DNA from: a virus
Direction: 5' to 3' (one strand)
IMG/VR virus record: IMGVR_UViG_3300045988_092551
Coordinates: 25,210-89,209 of that record
DNA length: 64,000 nt
Each line of letters starts with the position of its first letter. Position 1 is the first letter of the stretch. This document shows positions 55,843-63,802 of the stretch, piece by piece. A program made the position numbers and the translations under genes. The notes beneath the pieces are model-generated. The model did not search any database and had not been told where the DNA came from. It saw nothing but the letters and a program-made list of their open reading frames with translations.

Positions 55843-57108
55843 ATGAATGAAGACAGAATCCTAGAGATGTTCTTCGAGAAAGCCAGATGGCAGTATGCCA
55901 TTGAAAAAGGCTTGTTCAAGGACATGAACAAAGCAGTAATGTATCAGCTTACAACGCCGGAGGCTCGTCTGGCTATGTATCAGAGGATCAAGAGCGGCAA
56001 TTACAAGATAATGCCGCCACACACAGCGAAGATTCCGAAAGACAACGGAGATTTCCGTACGGTCTATGTGAATGAACCTGTAGACAGAATCCTACTGAGC
56101 ATAGCAAACGACCTCTTGTTTGAGCTGATGCCAGAGATGGTGCATCCGCGCTGTACGTCATACCAGAAAGGTATCGGCTGCGGTCGTGTGGTGCAAGATG
56201 TGTCTCGGATAATATACTCAGCAGAGGGAAAAATCATCGGATGGAAAGGTGACTTCTCCAAGTACTTCGATTCCGTGCCTATTCGGTTCATCGACTGGGC
56301 ATTTGACAAGGTAGAGGAGAAGTACGGAAAGTCTGCGCTGATAGACGTCATTCGTGACTACTATCACACGGATATCTATTTCGATGAAGACAACAACCTC
56401 TGTGAGAAGTATCAGTCCCTCAAGCAGGGATGCTCTGTTGCTGCATGGCTGGCTGATGTCATTCTCTATCATCTTGACGACAAGCTATCTAAGCTTAACG
56501 GATATTACGTCCGCTATTCAGATGATACGCTGTTTGTCGGTGAAGACTATGAGAAAGCCATGGATATCATGAAGAGCGAGCTGGAGATGATGCAGATGAA
56601 GCTCAATCCGAAGAAGGTTGAGTATCTTGACGCTAATCACTGGTTCAAGTTCCTCGGATATTCCATCAAGGGTCACAATATCTCTCTGTCGTCCACTCGT
56701 ATCAAGACTTTCCAAAAGGAGATTGAGAAGAGGACGATAAAGAAACGTGACACCACGATGACGAAAGCCATCAATGCAGTAAACAGGTATCTCTACAAGG
56801 GGTACTGCGATTATTCCTGGGCTACTCAGGTTCTTCCGGTCATAAACGTGAAAGAGGACATCGACAAGCTCAACGCATTTGTCATGGACTGCATCCGTGC
56901 GGTCAAGACAGGCAAGAGAAAGGTCGGTGGTCTCGGATACGTGAAGACTCAGGCTGTAGGTTGCATAGACCGAGGTCGTGGCAGGAACGTGAAAGCCAAC
57001 AGGGGTAAGACAGAGAGCGAAATCAAGGGGTATCTATCAATCGGTTGCGCACAGAATGCCTTGCGAACGAGCAGGGCAGCGTACAACACATTGGTGAATA
57101 CTCTGTAG
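55843..57108 (+). CDS. reverse transcriptase (prokaryotic, unclassified lineage)
   Basis: 421 aa. RT motifs: AKIPKDNGDFRTVYV, DRILLSIAN, SYQKGIG, GDFSKYFDSVP, LKQGCSVAAWLADVIL, YVRYSDDTLFVG (YSDD at 56515-56526), KLNPKKV, FKFLGYSI. Confidence 0.85.
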   Translation: MNEDRILEMFFEKARWQYAIEKGLFKDMNKAVMYQLTTPEARLAMYQRIKSGNYKIMPPHTAKIPKDNGDFRTVYVNEPVDRILLSIANDLLFELMPEMVHPRCTSYQKGIGCGRVVQDVSRIIYSAEGKIIGWKGDFSKYFDSVPIRFIDWAFDKVEEKYGKSALIDVIRDYYHTDIYFDEDNNLCEKYQSLKQGCSVAAWLADVILYHLDDKLSKLNGYYVRYSDDTLFVGEDYEKAMDIMKSELEMMQMKLNPKKVEYLDANHWFKFLGYSIKGHNISLSSTRIKTFQKEIEKRTIKKRDTTMTKAINAVNRYLYKGYCDYSWATQVLPVINVKEDIDKLNAFVMDCIRAVKTGKRKVGGLGYVKTQAVGCIDRGRGRNVKANRGKTESEIKGYLSIGCAQNALRTSRAAYNTLVNTL

Positions 57109-58415
57109 ATGAGCATCCTAGCGCAATGATTTGCCGGAATGAAGACACAAGGTTTTAAATATCCCGGTTGCGGAGTGCATGGACCTATCTCTTAATAAGA
57201 GATGGTCCTACGCTCGTCCTAAACCGGACATTATCGAACTTATAAAGCCATGCGCAGTATCTTCTGACCGGCATACTCTGTAACCGAGCACACGGACGTG
57301 GGAGAAGGACGGGCGAAGATTCAGGCGATGCCTCGTATAACATCATCTGAACATCCGACAATGCATGGATGTTCGTATGACGAACAAGGCGTAGCTCATC
57401 AACGAAGTACAGAAATGTGCCAGTCCGTATGACTTCCACTGGTGGCGCACACTACCAATCCCTGACGGATGGCTGAAGTTTATGCAACAGGTCTCTTAAC
57501 CAGAGTAGTTGATCCTGAGCGTCTTCGTATACTACTACGACCTCTGGATCATCTATTCTGGCGAATCCTGTGTCAAATCAGAAACATAAAGTATTGTGCC
57601 GAGCCATCGGTCAGTGAATTACCTTAGCACGAGGGTAGTCTTCAGAGGAGAGTTAATTCACGAGTGATGTTGTGCTCGCCGGCTAATGCTGGGAATCCCC
57701 AGCGTCATCCGGCGGGTTAACATCCCTCGAATCAAGCTGTTATAGCTACGTGTCACGCTCTCAGATAAAGACAACGTTATTGCCAAACGAGGTACACGAG
57801 GAGGTATCGGTTTATTCAACCCGCCTAGTATCAACGCGATATGTCTGGTAATACCAGCAATCTCGCGTATCGGCAAGCGGGTTAAATCATCAGCCTATAG
57901 TAAGGCAACAGACCTATGAGTGTACCTACAACAACCAAAGTGAATTGCATCACGACTTATCAAGAGTATGAGGTTTAATGTCACGTGAGTGGAATACCTG
58001 CGACGGCCGATATCTCCGCCGTCGCAGGTATCCAATCCACGGGACCTAATCGTGAACATATATCCATGCAACATAATACATGAGATAAGTCATGCGCATT
58101 GCAGCGATGTCTGGCAAGTTCTGAGTGTTCATCGAGCGTTTCATTGATTCTGAAGCCAAGGATGTGGAAGCATTCGCTTCCTGGAGGTTGGCTTCATAAC
58201 AATGCCACGCCCTTAATCGAAAACTTAAAGCAATGCAACGTATCAGGTTGAGTCAGACTAGGTTATTGCGAGCCGAAATGGTGTGCAAGGAGAATAGATT
58301 GTACAATACGGTATCAATCATCCTGAAGATCCAGGTGGTTACCTGGATCTGTCAGGACTTAGATACAGTATTTATCAAGACCTTATAGTTACGCAACAGA
58401 TTCTCTGAGCGCACT
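57109..58415 (+). ncRNA. candidate RT-associated structured noncoding RNA (~1.3 kb)
   Basis: No junction separates the RT stop from this region. There is no credible ORF: stops of all three kinds occur in every frame I read. It is G+C-richer by eye. Nested helices lie at 57181-57208, 57349-57374, 57677-57714, 57818-57883, 57991-58033, 58151-58196 and 58321-58357. Confidence 0.55.
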
Positions 58416-58441
58416 CCTATTAACCAATACTTTTTAGAATT

Positions 58442-58612
58442 ATGAGAAGAAAATATCGTGTAGGAATTGTAGAAACGTCGAACGGATTTGTGGACGTTGA
58501 GGCAAGTAGCGAAGAGGAAGCTAGAAAAAAGGCGTATGATGCATGGGCAAATGGTTATGCGGTTATGTGCGGAGATATAGATTGCAAGACCGCAGAAGTA
58601 TGTCCAGGCTAA
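58442..58612 (+). CDS. small DpnD/PcfM-like protein (paralog B; below ORF-track cutoff)
   Basis: Hand translation gives MRRKYRVGIVETSNGFVDVEASSEEEARKKAYDAWANGYAVMCGDIDCKTAEVCPG. Leader-supported ATG. The stop lies in GGCTAAAAA, followed by a hairpin. Confidence 0.5.
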   Translation: MRRKYRVGIVETSNGFVDVEASSEEEARKKAYDAWANGYAVMCGDIDCKTAEVCPG

Positions 58613-58660
58613 AAAATCCCACGCAATAGTGGGATTCTTATTAACCAATATTTTGAGAAT

Positions 58661-59113
58661 ATGACATACGACGAGATTATCAATGAAGTTGAGAATGGTG
58701 CTAAGTTCACCATCAACTTCCAGAAGAGAACATGCAGAGTGAACGGCAAGGTAGTAATGTCCGAGGAGGACAAGCCGAAGGACACGCCTTACCTTACACC
58801 TGAGGTAGTGTTTGTAGGCATCGAGCAGAGATATGCAGCGTACAAGCACTCTGTGCCGTCTGAGCGCTCCGAATCACATCGCCACTACTACTTCAAGGCT
58901 TTACCTGAGAAAGAACTCTCAGACGAAGATATGATGTACGGAGAGCGACGTGAAGTGGCGAGGTGCAAGCTGGAGCTGTACGTTCTTATGCAGCTACTCA
59001 GAGGCAACCTCTGGTGGGACAACTCATGGGGAACATGGTTCTGGTGTTCCAAGAACGACAAGGACCTGATTATCCTCAGAGACTGGATTGAGCCAAACAA
59101 GGGTGGGGCGTAA
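58661..59113 (+). CDS. cassette protein, hypothetical
   Basis: 150 aa with leader ..GAGAATATG. Confidence 0.6.
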   Translation: MTYDEIINEVENGAKFTINFQKRTCRVNGKVVMSEEDKPKDTPYLTPEVVFVGIEQRYAAYKHSVPSERSESHRHYYFKALPEKELSDEDMMYGERREVARCKLELYVLMQLLRGNLWWDNSWGTWFWCSKNDKDLIILRDWIEPNKGGA

Positions 59114-59170
59114 GCCTCATCCACTAGAGTTAAATAAATTTTTAGTAACCAATTTAAAATAATTAGAATT

Positions 59171-60208
59171 ATGAAGCAGATTGTAACAATCACTGGCGAG
59201 AACTTGAACATCGTAACTAACAATGTAGAGGCTACAGCAGCTACCAGTAAGAAGACCAAGGCGCAGATGCGTCTCGAAGCTCTGAAGGCAGCAGGCGTTG
59301 ACGTTAGCAAGTACTTCCCTCTCGGTGATGACCAGCTTATCAAGATCGAGAATGGTGCAGCTGTTCCTGTTGATATGGACGATTCGACCATCGATGCGGT
59401 AGGCAAGAAGATTGTCGAGGGTGGATACGTAAGTAACTGGAAGCTGTTCCGTCGTTGGGTTATGTCTCAAATGTTTCACATGTTGCGTAACATGAAGGAG
59501 GACGGCAAGTCATTCAACGAGGTTTTACAGAAGAAGGGCTACGAGTACCAGTGGCGCATGTTGGAGAACGAGCTGTATGCTCAGATGAAGATGTGTGACC
59601 ACAAGGACTACGAGAATCTCAAGGCGAGAAATCGCTGGTTCAACGGCTGCGTAGCACACGATATGACTATTGACTATATTAACAAGCTTCGCAGCTACAT
59701 TGACGACAAGTGCATCTACACTACCAAGAAAGATAAGGATGGAAACAAGAAGAAGACATACAAGCATACCTGCAAGGGTAATCCTTATATCCGTCTTCAG
59801 AACGAGGACATTTTTGTCGCAGACTTGGAGAGAAAGGTCTATACTCCTCTCCGTAACCTTGCCAACAAAATGGGTGCTGCAACGACCTACAAGGAGCTCT
59901 ACGATGCCGTTCGCGAGTTCAACAAGAACCGTAAGCATCTCGCTTGGGAGACTAAGATGTCTGATGCATTCATCAATGCCTATAAGGGTTCTGGTTCCTA
60001 CTATACGATGAGAAACCTCATTATGTTCCACGGAGCAAGATTCATGAAGGGCGGACGAAAGATGTCAGAAGCCAACTCGTTGAAGGAGCTTGAGTCCAAA
60101 GCCAAACTCTACGATGAAGAGGGTTGGAGAATGCTTGGTGTTCTCAAGCAGCTCATCAGCGAGTCAAACATTGACATCCAGGGCAAGATTAACGAGTGGA
60201 AGAAGTAA
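59171..60208 (+). CDS. cassette protein, hypothetical (largest non-enzymatic cassette)
   Basis: 345 aa with a leader-supported ATG. Confidence 0.65.
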   Translation: MKQIVTITGENLNIVTNNVEATAATSKKTKAQMRLEALKAAGVDVSKYFPLGDDQLIKIENGAAVPVDMDDSTIDAVGKKIVEGGYVSNWKLFRRWVMSQMFHMLRNMKEDGKSFNEVLQKKGYEYQWRMLENELYAQMKMCDHKDYENLKARNRWFNGCVAHDMTIDYINKLRSYIDDKCIYTTKKDKDGNKKKTYKHTCKGNPYIRLQNEDIFVADLERKVYTPLRNLANKMGAATTYKELYDAVREFNKNRKHLAWETKMSDAFINAYKGSGSYYTMRNLIMFHGARFMKGGRKMSEANSLKELESKAKLYDEEGWRMLGVLKQLISESNIDIQGKINEWKK

Positions 60209-60214
60209 TCTCTA

Positions 60215-60375
60215 GCAAGATGTAAGGTTCGCCGCCTGAAGAATGGTGGCTCGGCAGCAATTCACAAGAGCTTCTGCAACGAGAGGATCTCCTCCAGTTA
60301 CTACTGGAGATAGTCCTTCGAGCTAAAGCTCTCCAGATCAAACTACTAAAGTAAGGCGCAAGCCGGGAGCCATTC
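60215..60375 (+). ncRNA. candidate small structured RNA (~160 nt) occupying a cassette slot
   Basis: No ORF. Closing helix GAATGG..CTC..GGC (60241-60255) pairs with GCC..GAG..CCATTC (60362-60375). Inner hairpins are CTCCAG-TTACTA-CTGGAG (60292-60309) and GAGC-TAAA-GCTC (60320-60331). TAGCCAAAA plus a junction hairpin follow. Confidence 0.45.
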
Positions 60376-60438
60376 TAGCCAAAAGTCGGTTACTGATTCG
60401 GTAACCGATTCAATGTCTAACCAATAAAATGAAGAATT

Positions 60439-60831
60439 ATGAAAGAGATTAATGTAGACACAAGAAAGTATATTAAGGCTCCTGTTGACGGAAAGAATGT
60501 TGTTGAAGAATCACTTCTAGACGCCATCTTTGACGATTCGCAATATCTTAGCAATAAGTTCTCCATGGGATTTATCGGTGGTGTACCTACAATGATTGAG
60601 TATAACGGGAACTATTTATCTATCAAGAAGTTACGTCCGTGTAGTACATCAGAGTGGGGCAGAGAGATTGTTAAACGACTAACAGGCGAGTCCAAAAATA
60701 ACATATATTGTTACGAGACAAAGCAGTATCTCGACGAACGCCAGGCAGAGCCTTTAATCTATACATTCTCTCTGAGTACAGATTACCTTACAGTAAGATT
60801 TCACTACAATGTAAAAGTAGATGAAGATTAG
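60439..60831 (+). CDS. cassette protein, hypothetical
   Basis: 130 aa, bounded by the junction motifs. Confidence 0.6.
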   Translation: MKEINVDTRKYIKAPVDGKNVVEESLLDAIFDDSQYLSNKFSMGFIGGVPTMIEYNGNYLSIKKLRPCSTSEWGREIVKRLTGESKNNIYCYETKQYLDERQAEPLIYTFSLSTDYLTVRFHYNVKVDED

Positions 60832-60896
60832 CCAAACATGTCAGTCGTTAACAGCGGCTGACTCCTTATCATAACTAGATTTTGTTTAAATGGTTC

Positions 60897-60929
60897 AAAC
60901 CGGTCTGTCGTGAGACACGCCGGTTTTTT
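60897..60929 (+). terminator. terminator-like hairpin with T6
   Basis: AAACCGG...CCGGTTT with TTTTTT. It is the only junction in the array with a long U tract. Confidence 0.45.
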
Positions 60930-60963
60930 GTTCCCAAAGTTTAACCAATTAAAATTTTGAATT

Positions 60964-61398
60964 ATGGTAACAGCAAGAAGAGGTACAAAAATGCTCAAAG
61001 CTTCTGACATTATGAAGAGAAAGGGCATTGTCCAGAAACAGATGGACATGAACAAGTTCAATGAGGTTATAGAGAATTTCTTTATGACCCACGAGCCTAA
61101 GGATACGATTCTCCTTACGCCGAAGAGATTCATCGAGATGGATAACCCGCCAGAGGGTGACTTCATAGACTATCTCGATATCAGCGTGTGGGAGAAGAAA
61201 TGCGATGATCCTGATGACCCGTTCGACTTCATCGACTATCAGTTTATGAAGAAAAACGGGATGCTCCGACCTATCCTTATGGTGAACGAGCCTTTCATCG
61301 GCAATGCTGCCGGGTGGCTGAGAGATTTTTGTGGATTCACTGTGAAGAGCAGAACACGAAAGAAGAAGAAGGAATATATCGTGTCTCTGCCGGTGTAA
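60964..61398 (+). CDS. cassette protein, hypothetical
   Basis: 144 aa with a leader-supported ATG. Confidence 0.6.
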   Translation: MVTARRGTKMLKASDIMKRKGIVQKQMDMNKFNEVIENFFMTHEPKDTILLTPKRFIEMDNPPEGDFIDYLDISVWEKKCDDPDDPFDFIDYQFMKKNGMLRPILMVNEPFIGNAAGWLRDFCGFTVKSRTRKKKKEYIVSLPV

Positions 61399-61464
61399 AG
61401 CCGAACAAGGCGTGGAACATTATTGTTTCACGCTCCCAGTATTAACCAATTAAAATTTATGAAT

Positions 61465-62058
61465 ATGACTGATATTGAAAGAGTAAAGAGATTCGCATCC
61501 GAGAATGATTACCCAGGTGAGACATTGGACACAATAAACTGCTTCCGCAGACACAGTAAGACTCCAAAGGAAGACCTCGACAGCCTGGACAAGGCAACCG
61601 ATGAGGACTGGCTAGGTCTTATCGATGAGTACGAGGGCAATGGAATCAACTGGAAGGGAGAGTTCTCGGACGTTAAAGGAAACAGCGTAACACTTGGCGA
61701 CAAGGTTATGTGGAACAATCCAGATCCTGATGATTTCGATAAGTGGTACGAGAATTTCAAGATATGCACCGTAGATGATATATCAGGAGACCGAATATCA
61801 CTCAAGGACGAGGACGGAGATACGTTCGATGTAACCGATGATGAATGTACTTTAGCTCGAAAGCTTGATTACAAGCTCTATGAGGACGAGAAGTATCACT
61901 ATGGAGTGTGTGGGATGCTCCAGGATATCGAGAATGCCCGCACAATGACGAGCTATATCCACGATGACGACCTCAGATGGAAGCTTGATGCTGCGTGCAG
62001 ATGGTTCAAGGAACACATTGAGGCTGAGATTGCCAATCACATCGTAGAGAACCAGTAA
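61465..62058 (+). CDS. cassette protein, hypothetical (acidic)
   Basis: ORF 61423-62058 trimmed to the GAATATG start (61459 is also possible). 197 aa. Confidence 0.55.
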   Translation: MTDIERVKRFASENDYPGETLDTINCFRRHSKTPKEDLDSLDKATDEDWLGLIDEYEGNGINWKGEFSDVKGNSVTLGDKVMWNNPDPDDFDKWYENFKICTVDDISGDRISLKDEDGDTFDVTDDECTLARKLDYKLYEDEKYHYGVCGMLQDIENARTMTSYIHDDDLRWKLDAACRWFKEHIEAEIANHIVENQ

Positions 62059-62114
62059 GCCAAACAAGCCTGCCGGGAACGGTGGGCATCAAGTCAAACC
62101 AAAATATTAAGATT

Positions 62115-62636
62115 ATGGATAGAAAAGTATTGAAAGACAAGATTGATGAGTTGCGTTCAACAGCAAAGATGGAACTTGCATGCACCATCCGTGAGATAAT
62201 GAGAGAGCACAATGTGCAGAAGAAAGAACTTGGCAGGCCTGTAGTTGTCAACAATAGCAGTCTTGTAGATATCGTAGAGGTAGGTAGTGGTGATACCGAC
62301 ATCCCGGTTTTCGTCATAAATGTCGGTGTTGGCTACTACAAAGAGCCTCACAAGGTAAGTGCATTGGACGATAGCGTATCGGTCGAGCTACTCGCTGATA
62401 TTGCGACCGGGTTGAACAACGAACTGAGTGGCTACGTCAGCACTTATGTGGCAAAGTACAGATTCCTCTATGAAGACGGAACTACTGCTGACATGGATGA
62501 GCCTTATGTATTCCTTGCAGAATCAGAAAGAGATGCCAAAGATAAGGCAGATGACTATGCAGAGGTATGGAATGACTGGAATGAAGATACGATAGAACTC
62601 GTATCAGTCGAGAAACAGACTTCTTCGGAAAGTTAA
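62115..62636 (+). CDS. cassette protein, hypothetical
   Basis: Trimmed to the leader-supported ATG. 173 aa. Confidence 0.55.
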   Translation: MDRKVLKDKIDELRSTAKMELACTIREIMREHNVQKKELGRPVVVNNSSLVDIVEVGSGDTDIPVFVINVGVGYYKEPHKVSALDDSVSVELLADIATGLNNELSGYVSTYVAKYRFLYEDGTTADMDEPYVFLAESERDAKDKADDYAEVWNDWNEDTIELVSVEKQTSSES

Positions 62637-62663
62637 TTTAGCGTTAAAAACGGCAAAGGTGAT

Positions 62664-62679
62664 GGTTTATATTATAAAC
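62664..62679. promoter_or_regulatory. palindrome GGTTTATATTATAAAC (operator-like, copy 2)
   Basis: Identical to 46393-46408. Sits 7 nt upstream of the integrase -7 box. Confidence 0.5.
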
Positions 62680-62685
62680 TTTTAG

Positions 62686-62693
62686 TATCTTTG
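62686..62693 (+). promoter_or_regulatory. -7 box TATCTTTG for the integrase
   Basis: TAnnTTTG, 27 nt before ATG 62720. Same TAGTATCTTTGC string as at 46725. Confidence 0.5.
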
Positions 62694-62719
62694 CCACTAG
62701 TAACCAAAATATTAGAATT

Positions 62720-63763
62720 ATGACAGAAGAATTAAGAATCAAGACAAGAGACTGGGAACGCCTGCTGAGTCCTGTTCAGCAGGAGAAGTATAAGCTCGCT
62801 ATCAAGCAGGGCTGGTTCGCCAACTATCACGACAACGCATGGAGGCATAACACCTTCTATGGAGCTTATATCTGGAAGAATCCGAAGTTCATAAAGGTAG
62901 TAAGGATGTTCGAGGAGCTGTTGGGGCACAAGCCATTGTGGGAAGACATCACTGACGACAACCTCCGTGACCTCTTTGAGAAGATCAAGGAGAACTATGC
63001 TCCCAATTCCGCAAAGACCGTATGCGCCACCATCAAGGCTGTGATACGTGAGAACGATGCTACGAAGGAGATTAACAGCCCTACGTTCGGAAAGATACTC
63101 AGAACGAAGGCAGTTCCAGTACAGTCCGTCTATCTCTCGGATGAGGAGATAGATAGAATCATCAATTACAATCCGAGGGGACAGACTAGGAGATATGTCC
63201 AGCGCATGTTCCTCATGGAATGCCTCTGTGGAGCACGCTACAGCGATTGTCAGAGAATAACTCCTGAGAACATCGATGATACCGGGCATTTCCTTGTGTA
63301 TGTGGCACAGAAGACAAAGACGGAGGTAAGGGTTCCTCTCCACAAGAAGCTCCGTCCGTTCCTTGTATGCGGCACTGGAGTCGAGCCTCTTCCTGGTGAA
63401 ATCAGCGAGATGACCTTCAACCGAACTCTTCGTGACATCTGCCGTGATTGTGGAATAGACGAGAACACGAAGGTGTTCCATGCAGGTAAGGAAGAGACCG
63501 GAAAGAAGTACCTCTTCATCTCTTCACACACCGGCAGACGTTCGTTCGCCACGAATCTCTCCAAGAAAGGCGTACCGTTGGAGCAGATTGCCGTTATGAT
63601 GGGGCATACTAGTAACGGTAAGCCTAATATCCAGATGACGCAACGGTACATCGTTGGTAAGACCGAGATTGACAGCAATACCCTGAGACTGTTCGGTGTA
63701 TACGATAAGGATCTGTATGATGGTTTAGATGAGGACCAAGCTAAAACTGGAGATGGCCATTAG
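62720..63763 (+). CDS. int: tyrosine recombinase / phage integrase
   Basis: 347 aa. GARYSD (Arg box), SSHTGRRSFAT (HxxR), MMGH and QRY (catalytic Tyr). Confidence 0.8.
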   Translation: MTEELRIKTRDWERLLSPVQQEKYKLAIKQGWFANYHDNAWRHNTFYGAYIWKNPKFIKVVRMFEELLGHKPLWEDITDDNLRDLFEKIKENYAPNSAKTVCATIKAVIRENDATKEINSPTFGKILRTKAVPVQSVYLSDEEIDRIINYNPRGQTRRYVQRMFLMECLCGARYSDCQRITPENIDDTGHFLVYVAQKTKTEVRVPLHKKLRPFLVCGTGVEPLPGEISEMTFNRTLRDICRDCGIDENTKVFHAGKEETGKKYLFISSHTGRRSFATNLSKKGVPLEQIAVMMGHTSNGKPNIQMTQRYIVGKTEIDSNTLRLFGVYDKDLYDGLDEDQAKTGDGH

Positions 63764-63802
63764 CTATCTCCTGCTATTGTTTAACCAATTTAAATAACGA
63801 AT

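Noticed and set aside
55843-58415. Diversity-generating retroelement (RT plus template repeat targeting the lectin-like fibre tip)
   Set aside because: I compared the 3' ends of the fibre genes (10816-10960 and 15187-15330, both strands) with the region around the RT by eye. The only match was a roughly 13-nt chance similarity (GAGCACACGG-ACG at about 57286). There is no adenine-rich near-repeat of 100 nt or more and no Avd-like gene, and RT motif 4 lacks GxxxSQ. A VR outside the window cannot be excluded.
55843-58415. Group II intron or canonical retron
   Set aside because: No intron RNA domains lie upstream of the ORF, where there is only a 25-nt cassette leader. I saw no GUGYG 5' end, no recognisable domain V and no maturase or endonuclease extension. 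Retron msr/msd normally precedes the RT and is about 10 times shorter. I saw no a1/a2 inverted repeats flanking the region.
57109-58415. Hidden protein gene under an alternative genetic code
   Set aside because: I translated the RT frame by hand. TGA, TAA and TAG all occur at roughly random frequency, and the peptide is Cys/Arg-rich nonsense. The two track ORFs on the - strand (57185-57439 and 57658-57876) are likewise low-complexity and lack starts in context.
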